Assembly: GCA_003990765.1 (NCBI GenBank)
Contig: RBNJ01000168.1
Span: forward strand, 1 to 38,149
Direction: 5' to 3'
DNA: 38,149 bases
From: Jimgerdemannia flammicorona
Lineage: Eukaryota
In this document: piece after piece, positions 12,161 through 23,833 of the stretch
How the letters are laid out: the number at the start of each line of letters is the position of its first letter
Numbering within the stretch: the first letter of the stretch is position 1
The notes under the pieces: generated by a model
Told to the model about the DNA's origin: nothing
What the model saw: the letters and a program-made list of their open reading frames with translations, nothing else
Database searches by the model: none
Made by a program: the position numbers and the translations under genes

Positions 12161-14338
12161 CTTCTTCATCATTACTATTCTCTAGGAGGGCTGGTGGTTC
12201 ATTATCCTCTTCCTCTTCCTTCTTCTCTCTTTTCTTTTTTTGAGAGCCTTCTGTCTTCTTTCATGATTGATCTTAATTCTACTAATATACTGGTAGTAAT
12301 CATTCATATGCTCTATGCAATATATTCTAATTTTGTGGAGACAGACTCCTTATAGTGCATAATATTCTATGATTTTCTTGCACTAGTCTTTCTCACTCAT
12401 CTATCTGATATTCTTCTTCTTTTTCTAGGTAGTCACTATATAGATTTCTGCTTGCTCACTTTTTTCTTTCTCAATTTCAGAGAGTACTCCTTTGTTGATA
12501 TTGATAGAAATTCTCACCTTCTATCCTTGGTTGATAATCTGTATCTTTTGGATATTTAGATTAATTATTGCTCTGACTTTATGAAGCCACTGGTTGCTAA
12601 TGAGGATGTTATAGTTGATTACATATATTGATCATGATCACATCTACTGAGATAGTTGCTCCTCTAAACTTAATAAGAATATCTCAGATCTTTCTCAGAG
12701 GTGTGGTCCTTATTCCATCTGCAGTAATAAATACTAACTTAGTTACTTTCTCAATCTCCCAACTTAGATGATCTACTGCTTTCTTGCTGAGGAGGCATTC
12801 TCTGTCTCTAGTATCAATAATAGCCTCAAAGACTCTATCTTCAATCTGACAGATTGCATAGGCAGAGGTCTTGCAATTATCTTCACTTTCTTCTTTCAAG
12901 TCTTCTTGAATATTGTTGGCCTCAGTTATCTTCCAACCTTACTTCTTGGTTGTTTAGCAAGTCTATATCCCATTTGTTGTCTAAATGTAGGAATTTCTGC
13001 CAGCTGGTCAAAGGTTGTATTGATCTTTTATTAGCTGAGATCCTTGAAGATATCATACTTAAAGATCTTGGTTTTGCAAAGCTTCTTTGCTTTTTCTCCT
13101 TCACTGGCTAGGACTGGAGTAGTTCTTCAGATGATGTCTTAGATAGTCTATTCCAATTTCATATCTTGATCTACTCTTCAGCTTAGCTTTCTATGGCAGT
13201 CTCTATCTGCTTTTCCACAGAGTTCTTCTTGGGTCTTCCTAGTGATCACTTATAGGGTTTCTTATGGACATCTTTCTTAGTAGTCTGTGCAGAGTAGGCC
13301 TCCCATTCTTCTTCATCAGACTCTCCAATTTCTTTTAAGATAATAGTGTTGGCTTATTCCCTATTTTATGTAGTATTGCTTAGCTATACTTTATACTTGA
13401 TTTCACTTATACATTTATATAAAAAGTAGCCTTCTTCTCTACAGATAAAGCAGGTACCTCTCTTCTTGTCTGAGGTGGCAATAAATTTCTGAACTACATA
13501 GGCAACAGTCTCTTTCTCTGATTTCATTTACCATGTCTCCTAAGTGGGTAGTCATTTCAGTGAACTTCTTAGTTAGTTTCTCCATAGGGTCACTATTTCT
13601 CTACTACTCAGTAGCTTTTGGCTGAGGTGTGTTTTGATTGATCACTGTGATAGGAATTACACTTATTGCCTTAAGTACTTTAATTCTAACTCTAGTGACT
13701 CTTTCTATTGTATGGACTTGTAGATATCTAGCTGTCCAGTATTGCTAAGCATAGGTGACCTTTTGTACTAGTTCCAGGATTATTGGTAATGAGTAGATGG
13801 CCATAACTAACTCTAGATGGACTTCTTTTATGAAGGTTACTTCAGCTACTTAATCTTAGATGGCATCAGTATAATCTATAAAGATTATCTAATATCAGAT
13901 TCTAGTGTAAAATATGTTTGAATCCTCACTCATTCCTTATAGATTGAACTGATCCTTTAGAGCTTGCTTGATCTTATCTGTATAATAGGTGACTCAGAGC
14001 CAGGCCTTCTGTGCTGTCAGCACAGTATCATTATTATTTCCCACATAGGTTATAGCTATAAATACTGCTCTTGCAGGGCCTCAGAAACTGAAGAGTGTAA
14101 GGGCTACTTATTGTCCAGCTGTTAGAGTTCTTACAGTAGTATACTGCTAAAAATTATCAATATAAGTAATGATTGATTTATCTAAAGTATATCTATAGAA
14201 TACTAGTGATCTTATATCCATCTTGTCTGAATATCTCAGTTCAATTTGTGTGATTCTTCAAGTAGTAGTAGTAGTTGCTTATTATTCAGCTTAAAAGTGG
14301 GAAATTCATCTTGAATTACTAATTAATAGGCACCAATT

Positions 14339-14780
14339 TGTAGTATAGCAGATGTATAAGTGTGTAAGTATGTCAGATTTCTGTATCTTGAAAACTTAAT
14401 CTTCTTTGACTCTATAGAGTCCTTGGGATACAGGGGTGGGTAAGTTCAAAGTATATCTGTCTGCAGACTTACTAGTTATCTTACTTTCTCTTTACTTTAA
14501 ACTATTTTGATCTGAGGTTTATTTACTCTAGATACTAGAGATATTTATATAAGTTTGCTAGCTATAGAGTGGCTAAGTTATGACTATATTTCCCATAAGT
14601 TACTTTTTGCAAATATTGAATCTTTTCAATATCTGCTGAAGATTTTGATAATTGCAAGAATTTTGACATCTGCAGAATCTTTAGCAGTTGCTAAAGTTTC
14701 TATGTTTGCTAAATATAACTACTATTTATATGGCTAAGCTATATTTGAGAATCAGATTTAGGTACCATAATCAAATATCT
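14339..14780 (-). repeat. 5' LTR of element A, with candidate PBS at ~14320-14335
   Basis: On the minus strand the block ends ...ctactaca-like CA at 14339, then aat-TGGTGCC, the same arrangement as in element B. TATA-like TATATAAAT at ~14543-14551, AATAAA at ~14518-14523, ~19-bp subrepeats at 14600-14715. The far boundary is not resolved. Confidence 0.65.
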
Positions 14781-14863
14781 ATTCCTTTAATTTATATTAC
14801 TAATTAAGATTAACTATCATACTAAATATTACCAGAAATAGTAATCTATAGATAGCTATATAG

Positions 14864-16428
14864 TGTCACATAGTAGTCACTGAGTTCTTCAAATATATCA
14901 GATTCTCTTCAAAATATATCTCTTAGACTAACTCAAGTTTATTATAAGCAAGTTGTTATTGGAGTGCCTTCTCAAGGTCTTATAGTTCTCAAACTTCTTA
15001 TCTTTAAACTATCTTGTTATCTCTTAGATTGCTTGCAAGGAGGTGTATGTAAGTGAACCAGAACTGACTTTATTTCAAAGAAAATAAGAGTGATATTTAT
15101 ACAAAATACAATTCAATAGTTACTAAGATATAAGGCTAAATATAAATTCCAATAATCAAATAAAATGCTGGAATACAATTCCAGTGTTGATACAGATGGT
15201 TGTACAGGTTCAGGATACTGGTATAATTTCGATCATATAGGAAAATGGTGCTGGAATAATTCTGAGTCATATAAGGTCAGAATGCCAGTAGAGAAATAGC
15301 TATTATACAGGAAAAGAATACCAGTACAATTCAGTATAACTTAGAGCAGAAAGTTCAGGACTATGGGAGCTTCATTTTCATCAGAGGTCAGGATGTCTTC
15401 AAAGGAGATAAGATCAGTTTTGTTCATCTTGTTATCATATAGGTCACATATTTTATATATATTATACATTTGGCATATATTGCATAGGATGACATCATTG
15501 CTGATGATATCATCATATTTGGCAGTGGCAGGGGCTCTCCAATCTATAACATTCTCTTCTACAAAATAAGAAACAAATGTGGAGTCTTGGGGAGGTCTAA
15601 CCTGGATGCTGGGGCCTTAGAATACTGAGATCAATCCTTGCAGGAATTGATCTGGGTTGTCCTGAAGGATGGGATACCAGAACTCTTCTACCTCATCACT
15701 ATCAAGGGTGATAGTGGACTGAGCTTCTGTTGCCACTCTGGCTTCTAGTGCATTGATATGACAAGCTAACAGGTTTCTAAAGTCTGAGACTCTAGTATAC
15801 TCCAAGTTGAAGATCAATCATGGTGCATGCCTAAAGATCTGATGAATCTTCTTAGCTGTCCTTATTTTATATATATCCATAGAAGTAGCATTTTGTAACT
15901 CTTAAGGGCTGATCTGTGGGAACTCCCAGCAGAGAAGATTTCCTATTTCATACTTCTGCCATATTTGGAGGCATTTGGTAGTAATGGTGATCCTTGTTTC
16001 CATTTTATAGTGGTAGAGGATAAAGTGATAAGGATCTCTAGTATCCAGGTTAAGACTAGGAGTCCTTCTTGTATGGGTCCTCATGGCTCTTCTAATGTCT
16101 TGGAATATCCTTTCTTTGACTGAGTAGCCTTGGTGATTCCTTGACCTTGAGGTTTGGTAAGTGACAGACATTTCATTTGTGGTAAGTCTTTGAGCTATTT
16201 TGGGATTGGTGGGTCTTATTGAGTTGCTACTACTGCAGTTCCTTAATCCTTCTTTTATATTCCTCAAGATGCCTATTCTGTAGTCGCAATGACTCACAGT
16301 TGGTCAATATTACACATCTCATAACCTGGGTGAGTCATGCCATATGATCTTCTTATACTCTGAACTGGTGGCTTATAAGAAAAAGCTGTCTCCTATGCTG
16401 ATATCATTATTCAGAGGTCACCATTATA
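14864..16428 (-). repeat. 3' LTR of element B
   Basis: Runs tgtcacatagtagtcac...ggtcaccattata, a direct repeat of 22110-23678. Minus-strand TATAAAT at ~15095-15101 and AATAAA at ~15069-15074. Confidence 0.95.
15341..16171 (-). pseudogene. Protein-coding ORF embedded in U3 of the 3' LTR (~185 aa, possibly ~275 aa), unknown function
   Basis: Track ORFs 15902-16297 and 15617-15817 are in one frame, separated only by stops that are sense codons (CAA, TGG) in the other LTR. A possible extension runs to KTDLISFEDILTSDENEAPIVLNFLL* at 15341. Confidence 0.7.
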
Positions 16429-16438
16429 TCTTCCTCCT
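16429..16438 (-). promoter_or_regulatory. Polypurine tract of element B
   Basis: Minus strand AGGAGGAAGA immediately precedes the 3' LTR. Confidence 0.8.
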
Positions 16439-16799
16439 GAATAAGGATCTTCTTAAATATCCTTATTCATTAGTCTAGTCTTGAAAAATTTGCTGATCCC
16501 ATAACCTCTAGCAGGGGGTCGAAAAGTGATGTTTATGGGCTGGTATCTTCTTTTTGTATTTTGGAGTGATGGTGAAGAATCACTTCCTTCATATAGATCA
16601 AGGGTTAGATTTTGATCTTGACTAATCAGTTGATGGTTTGAACTTCTCTGATTTTGAAAGTCTCATGAATGAGTAGTTGCTGGTTCTATATCTTTTAGAG
16701 AATGGTTCAGACAGATTGTCTGCTGGTTATGGAATATGCTGATATGATTCACAAACTAGAACCTTACAGACATTCATCATGTTTTGCTTCTCTTATATA

Positions 16800-19700
16800 G
16801 ATTTGTGGTACTTCTTGAGTCTGTTCCTGTGTACCATAGTAGACAGTATGGTTTCTGAGAGTTTTCTAAGCCAAAAGGTAGTTCTCTTGATATCTTGCAC
16901 ATAGAAGAGTCATTCCCATTTGGGCTCCAGTTTTTGTGACCATGAGGCCTCTACCATATTTTGATATAGTAGGACCTTTTCTCTAATTTGGATGGGTTCT
17001 AGAGTCTTGGGATTCTTTTTCACATTTTTCTTTATCAGTACTTGTGACTTGGTGATGTAATCTTCAGCCTTCTTCCTAATTTGGTGTTGTCTCCAAATTT
17101 CTGAGTCAACCCATCTCTAAGTTAGGTCTAGATTTGTAGCTGAGGTTCCATCAGAATCTTCTTCTCTGAAGAGCCATTCTCTTGGGGTAAAGTGTATACT
17201 CTGTGACTGTATATCTCATAGGATAGAGAGAGTGGTTGGGAGGTAGTTATCTCAATTCTCATATGTATCTGAGATCTTTGCTAGGATGTTTTTGAGAGTC
17301 TTATTAGTTCTCTCTGTCTGTCTATTTCCTTGAGGGTGGTATGTGGTGTTCTTGATATACTGAATCTTGTATTTCTGATATATTATCTCATAGAATCTAT
17401 TGACAAATTCTGTGCTATAGTCTGTGGTGATTTGCTTTGGTGTCTTGTAGTGGCAGATGATTTCTCAGTTCAGGAAGTCAGCTATAGAGAGAGCATTGGC
17501 TTCTTGTAATGATCCTGCTTCTATCCATTTGGTAAAGAGGTCTACAATAACTATAATATAGTGGTTTTCTGATAGTGTCACTGGTAGTGGCCCAATGATA
17601 TCTCTTGCAATGTAGCAGAAGGGGATAGGCTCAATTCTTGACAACCTAGGTGCCTGGTCTTGCTGATCTTGTTTCTGTTTTTGGCACTTGTCACACCTTT
17701 TGACAAATTGGTGCAGGTCTTCTTCCATCCTAGTCCACTATATGGTTCTTTTTACCTTGTCATATATGTTGGTTCCTTCTAGGTATCCTTGTTCATATAC
17801 TTCCTTCATTACTTGATACTTCTTATATTCAGGTATTATAAGCTTTCCTCTTTTTTGGAGTATAGTTTTGTCTAGTTCAAATTATTTCTAAGTCCAGTTA
17901 ATGATAGTAATAGTCCAGGGTTCAAGATGGTTGGACATCTTCCACTGCCTAAGGTAGCTGATTAATCCATAGTATAGCTCCTTATTGATGTTGAATAGTC
18001 TTGATGGGAATGTTCCAGAGTATCTTTGAAAGTACATCAGCATTGGCATTGGTTCTTCCTGAGTGGTGCTTAACAATACAGTTATACTCTTGCAGTCTTT
18101 AGATCTATCTGGCATATATTTCTTGGGGGTTCAGAGTATGGAATAGCTAGGCAAGGGCAGAGTGATCTGTTTGAATAGTGAAGTATTTCCCAGCTAGGTA
18201 GTAGTGGAACTTGTCTACTGCCCAAACTACTGCTAAGCATTCAAGCTTACATAACTTGTAGTTCTATTCTGCTCCATGGGTACCTCAGCTTACATAGGAG
18301 ATAATATATTTATGTTCATCTTTCTTCTGAGCTAGGACTGCTCCAAGTCCTATAGTACTTGTATCTGTCTGCAGGATGAACTCTAGGTTCCAATCTGGTC
18401 TTCTGAGGATGGGTACTTGGGTCAATCTGGACTTGAGTTCATTGAAGGTTTCTTGGCATTCCTTGGTCTATTTGAATTTGGTCTCCTTCTTCAGTAGCTT
18501 ATAGATAGGTACTGCAATGTTGGAGTATCCTTTGATGAATCTTCTGTAATAGGAGACCAGTCCAAGGAAGGCATAGACTTCTGTGGTTGTTCTGGGTCAT
18601 GGGTAGGCTGCAACAGCCTCAATATTTATGGAGTCTGTATAAATTCCAGTCTGGTTGATGAGGTGTCCCAGGTAGGTGATTTCCTGAACTACAAACTTGC
18701 ACTTCTTAGGCTTGATGTAGAGGGCATACTCCTTGAGTCTCCTGAGGGCTAGCTGTACATGGTTGACATATTCCTGTACAGTATTGCTGAAGATGATTAT
18801 ATCATCAATATAGACAAAGAGCCATTTTCCAATCTCATTACTGAAGACTCTATTCATTATTTGCTAAAAACTTGCTAGAGCATTGCACATTCCAAATGGC
18901 ATTCACAGGTAGATATAGGTGGTATCAGATGTGATGAAGGCTGATTTCTCACTGGTATCTTGAGTGAGACCAATCTGGTAGAAACCTGAGAACAGATCCA
19001 AGGTGGTGTAGTATTTGGCTTCACTTCTAAGGATAGTAAGGATTTCTTGAATATTTGGCAAGGGCTGCCTATCCTTCTTGGTGATTGCATTGAGCTTCTT
19101 GTAATCAATGCAGAGTCTTGGGGCAAACTCTCCAGGCTTGTTTCTTTTCTTTGAGGCAAGGACAATGGGTGAAGCCCAGGAGCTGATAGCTTGCTTGATG
19201 ATTCTGGCTTCTTCTATTTCCTTGAGTTCTGCTTGCAGCCATTCTCTGTAAGTAGGTGGTATTGGTCTGGCTTTCTGGTAGATGGGCTTGGTATCACTGG
19301 TGTCAACTTCATGATAGTACTTGGGTTCTTGATTGTGGATATCCCTGAAGTCTATAGTAAGTACTCCTTTGTTCTGGTGCAAGATTTTGAGTAGCTGTTC
19401 TTCTAAGGAAATGTTTTCTCCAATGGTATATGTGTGCTTGTTCTGGTCCTTATCTTTCTTGTACTTAATTTTGGTAATCTTAGTGTCAGCATAGACTCCT
19501 CTTCCAGTAGATCCAAAGCCTTGTTCTCCTCTCTTAGTCTTGATGAGTTTGATGGCTTCTATGATCTTGGGTTTCTTGACTTCATGGATCAGCATCTGGC
19601 CAATCCTGTCATGCTTCTTGACTTTAAATGGGGTGGTGGGATTGTGATTTCTGATTATAAGGAAGATCTCACCTGTGTAATCAGAGTCAATTACTCATTC

Positions 19701-22070
19701 TTCAACTGAGATTTTGCTTTTGGCCAGACTGCTCCTGGTTTTGATAATTCTGGCATAATTTTCTGGCAACTTGACTCCAATTCCAGTGCCAAGTAGAGTG
19801 GTGGTCTGAGGTTTGAGGATAGTATCTTGAATGCCAGCAAGATTCATTTCTATGGCTCCTTCAGTCTTGTATTCTGGAATCTTGGCTCTAGGGTGAAACT
19901 TCTTGACCTTGAGAGTGATGTCTGGTTATTATTCCTCCTCATCATCACTGTCAGCTTTAAGCTCTAGAGGTTGGTCATCTTCTTTGGCTTTCTTTTTTAC
20001 TTCAGTAGCTTCTTGCTCATGCTTTTGTTGACAGATTTTTCTGACTTCACTGATATAGGACCAGCAGTCATTCAGATGTTTGGAACAGTACATTCTGGTA
20101 CCATGGGGGCATCTTCCTTGAGGGGCATAGTCATCAATGATCTTGTTGTACCACTGCTTATCTGTGAGCTTGGGTGTCTTGTTTTTGTTCTTGTTCACTG
20201 AGTGCATGAAGACTTCTGTATCCTCCTCATCTCCTTTCTCCATATTTGGTAGAACTCCTTTGTAGACATTGATAGAGACTCATACCTTTTTTCCTCTATA
20301 GTTGATCTGTATCTTCTGGACATTGAGGTCAATAATGGCCTTCACCTTGTAAAGCAATTGATTGTCAATAAGGATGTCATAGTTTGTGGTACTTGTAACA
20401 ATCATATCTACTAGGATAGTAGCTCCTCCCATCTTAATGGGGACTTCTTGGATCTTGCCAAGGAGAGTAGCTCATATACCATCTGCTGTAATATAGACTA
20501 TCTTAGTGGACTCTTCAATGTCCCAGCCTAGGCAGTCAATTGCCTTCTTACTCAGAAGACATCCTCCAGCACTAGTATCAATGATAATATTAAAGATATA
20601 ATCTTCAATCTGACATAGGGTATAGGCTGATGTCTTGCACTGGTCTTCAGATTCTTCATCTGAGTTTTTGGATTCTTCTTGTACATTGTGAGCTTCTACA
20701 ATCTTGTACTCTTGATTCTTGATAGTGGTTGCAAGTTCTACTCTCAACTACTGTCTGAAGGCAGGGACTTTGGCTAGTTGTCCAAAAGTAACATTGACCT
20801 TCTGTTCTTTAAGGTTCTTATAGATATCATACTAGTGGATCTTGGTCTTGTAAAGCTTCTATTCCTTCTTGTATTCACTTTCTCCTGAGACTAGAGTAGT
20901 GCCTTCAATAATTTGGTGAGCAGCTTCATCTAACTCCATATCTTGGTCAATCTCCTCAGGTTGGGTCTTGCTTTGAATAGTGACAGCTGGGGTCTTCTTT
21001 GGTCTTCTAACTGGCTTGCTGTTGCTCTTCTTATCATAGGGCTTGGACCAGGTTCTGACACCTTTAGTAACAGAGTAGTATTCAGATTCCTCATAGTATT
21101 CTTCATCATCAGTGTCACCAATCACCTCAATAACTACTGTATTGGTTTGTTCTCTAGTTCTGATAGTATTGCTGGGTTGGGTCTTATATCTTGTTTTGGT
21201 CATGCAACTCTTTGCATAGTGGCCTTCTACTCCACATCTGAAGATATGATATTGTATTCTTCTATAGCAGCTGCAAATCTCTGTACTGGTCTCCTGTTAG
21301 CACTTCAGACTTCTCTAACAATATCACTAAGGTGTGCAGTCATCTCAGCAAACTGCTTGGCAAGTTTCTCCACTAGGTCGCTTTAGCTGTCTTGGGGGAT
21401 GGTTGTCTGTTTACAACTGTAGTGGGTATAATACTGGTTGGCTTTGATGGCTCCATCTTGATGCCAGTTATTTTCTCTATTGAGTATTCAGCAGAGTGTC
21501 TGGTAGTCCAATATCTCTGTACAAAGACCACTTTCTGATCAAGAGTCAGAGCAGCCAGTGTAGACCAGTTGCTAGAGCAATTTCAGAGTGAACTCCTTTC
21601 AGGAAGGTTGAATCTGCTATTTGTTCCTTGAGGGCATCATCATAGCCAGCTAAGACAATCTGGTAGCAAATTTAGATATAGAATGAGTTAGGATCTTCAC
21701 TGAGTCCATGACAGATAGTGTTGAGTTGATCCTTGAGAGCTTGCTTGATCTCTTCAGTATAGTATGTAGTTCTGAGGAAGGTCTTCATGTTGGCAAGTTT
21801 GGCTGCACCAGTATTAGCAATAGTGGCTACATTGAACTTGTCTCTGGCAGGTCCTCTGAGGCTGACTGGTAGAAGGGCCAATTGTGCATCCACATTGAGG
21901 ACTCATATGGCAGCAAATTGTTCAAAGTCTACAATGAAGGTCAGAATTAACTCTTCAGTAGTATAGAATATAGGGGGACATATTTCCATCTTGTCTTGAA
22001 TTCTTGCAGGGGTGACTCTTGTAGTCAGAGTAGTTATTGTAGGGGTTGTTTATTTTTTAGCTTAAAAGTG
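16800..22070 (-). pseudogene. gag-pol of element B
   Basis: Knuckle FRCGVEGHYAKSC (~21203-21243); protease IIDTSAGGCLLS (~20570); RT WASPIV, LCIDYKKLN, LDLFSGFYQI, YIDDIIIFS; RNase H (~18000-18400); integrase CDKCQK, DIIGPLP, DLFTKWIEA, KLEPKW, VHRNRLKKY. Many stops and some frameshifts. Confidence 0.95.
19500..19920 (-). pseudogene. dUTPase domain of element B pol, between protease and RT
   Basis: LKVKKFHPRAKIPEYKT, TGIGVKLP, TRSSLA, IDSDYTGEI, DRIGQM, RGEQGFGSTG (trimeric dUTPase motifs). Confidence 0.93.
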
Positions 22071-22089
22071 AGGAATTCATCTTGGATCA

Positions 22090-22106
22090 CCAGCCAATGG
22101 ATACCA
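22090..22106 (-). promoter_or_regulatory. Candidate primer binding site of element B
   Basis: Minus strand: LTR ...acatgaCA, then act, then TGGTATCCATTGGCTGG. The cognate tRNA was not determined. Confidence 0.65.
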
Positions 22107-22109
22107 AGT

Positions 22110-23678
22110 TGTCATGTAGTAGTTGCTGAGTTCTTCAAATATATCAGATTCTCTTCAAGGTGTATCTCTTAGACTAACTCAAGTTTGTTATAAGCAAGTT
22201 CTTATTGGAGTACATTCTCAAGGTCTTATAGTACTCAAACTTCTTATCTTTAAACTCTCTTATTATCTCTTAGATTGCTTGCAAGAAAGTATGTATAAGT
22301 GAACCAGAACTGACTTTATTTTAAAAGAAATAAGAGAGGTATTTATACAAAATATAATTCAATAGTTGCTAAGATATAAGGCTAAATATAAATTCCAATA
22401 ACCAAATAAAATGCTGGAATACAATTCCAGTGTTGGCACAGATGGTTGTACAGGTTCAGGATGCTGGTATAATTTCAGTGATATAGGAAAATAGTGCTGG
22501 AATAATTCTGAGTCACACAAGGTCAGAATGTTGGTGGAGGAATAGCTATTATACAGAAAAAGAATGCAAGTATAATTCAGTATAACTTAGAGCAGAAAGT
22601 TCAGGACCATGGGAGCTAAATCTTCATCAGAGATCGATGTCTTCAAAGGAGATGAGATCAGTTTTATTCATCTCATTGTTATATAGGACATACATTTTAT
22701 GTATGTTGCACATTTTGTATATATTGCGCAATTCAATGGGATGATATCATCACAATGATGTCATCACATTCAGTGACAGTGGGGGCTCTCTAATCTATAA
22801 TATTCTCTTCTACAAAATAAGGAACAAATATAGTATCTTGGAGAGGTCTAATCTGAATACTGGGGCCTTAGAATGCTGAGATCAATCCTTGCAAGAATTG
22901 ATCTGGGTTGTCCTGGAGGATGGGATACCAGAACTCTTCTACCTCATCACTATCAAGAGTAATAGTGAACTGGGCTTCTATTACCACCCTGGCTTTTAGT
23001 ATATTGATATAGTGGGCTGATAGGTCTCTGAAGTCTGAGACTCTGGTATATTCCAAGTTGGAGATTGACCATAGTATATGTCTGAAGATCTGATGAATCT
23101 TCTTAGCTGTCCTTATTTCACATATATCCATGAGAGTGGTATCTTGTAACTCTTGAGGGCTGGCCTGTGGAAACTCCTGGCAGAGAAGATTTCTTATTTC
23201 ATACTCCTGCCATATTTAGAGGTATTCAGTAGCAATAATGATCCTTGTTTCCATTTTATAGTAGCAGAGGATAAAGTGATAAGGATCTCTGATATCCAGG
23301 TTGAGGCTAGGAGTCCTTCTTGTGTGGGTCCTCATGACTCTTCTGATGTCTTGGAACATTCTTTCTTCAACTGAGTGATCTTAGTGATTCTTGACCTTGA
23401 GGTTTGGTGAGTGGCAGACATTTCATTTGTAGTAAGTCTTTGAGCTATTTTGGGATTGGTGGGTCTTATTGAGTTGCTACTACTGTAGTTCCTTGATCCT
23501 TCTTTTATATTCCTCAAGATACCTATTCTGTAGTTATAATGACTCATAGTTGGTCACCATTACTCATCTCATAGCCTGGGTGAGTCATACCATATGATCT
23601 TCTTGTACTTCAATCTGGTGGTTTGTAAGGAAAAGCTATCTCCTGTGCTGATGTTATTATTCTGGGGTCACCATTATA
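22110..23678 (-). repeat. 5' LTR of element B
   Basis: Runs tgtcatgtagtagttgc...ggtcaccattata, a direct repeat of 14864-16428. Confidence 0.95.
22587..23421 (-). pseudogene. Second copy of the LTR-embedded ORF
   Basis: MSATHQTSRS (1-nt frameshift) ... PYHFILCYYKMETRI ... IRTAKKIHQIFRHILWSISNLEYTRVSDFRDLS ... FLQGLISAF*. Confidence 0.7.
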
Positions 23679-23741
23679 ATAGTAATTAGATTATAATAAT
23701 AACTATATAAAATACCTCAGAAATTTCAGTAAATAAACCTT

Positions 23742-23833
23742 AGTCTGAAAAGTTTCAAAGTAAAAGATAAGTCTGCCTACTATACTTTAAGAGATATGTC
23801 TGCCAAAAGCTACTTAATCTAGGAAGAATTACA
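23742..23833 (+). repeat. LTR 3' tail of element C (5' copy)
   Basis: 92-bp ungapped match to 28582-28673 with 12 mismatches, ending in CA; preceded by TATATAA and AATAAA. Confidence 0.8.

Larger units (their letters stand above)
8570..14780 (-). mobile_element. Ty3/Gypsy LTR retrotransposon A, heavily decayed; 3' end interrupted by the LINE stack
   Basis: Minus-strand remnants in order: gag; knuckle CFICREEGY...C (~13405-13455); protease IIDTR (~12800); dUTPase (11750-12160); RT (LCTDYRK, LDLYSGF, MDDIII, 10900-11500); RNase H; integrase ending KLEPKW (~9150). Colinear with element B. The right boundary is approximate. Confidence 0.9.
14864..23678 (-). mobile_element. Full-length Ty3/Gypsy LTR retrotransposon B (8.8 kb) with dUTPase; inactivated by transitions
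   Basis: Two ~1.57-kb direct repeats; 4-bp TSD ATAG at 14860-14863 and 23679-23682; PBS and PPT in place; internal order gag-CCHC-PR-dUTPase-RT-RH-IN. Confidence 0.96.

Noticed and set aside
16430..16800. Chromodomain or env after element B integrase
   Set aside because: No chromodomain aromatic pattern, signal peptide or transmembrane segment visible.
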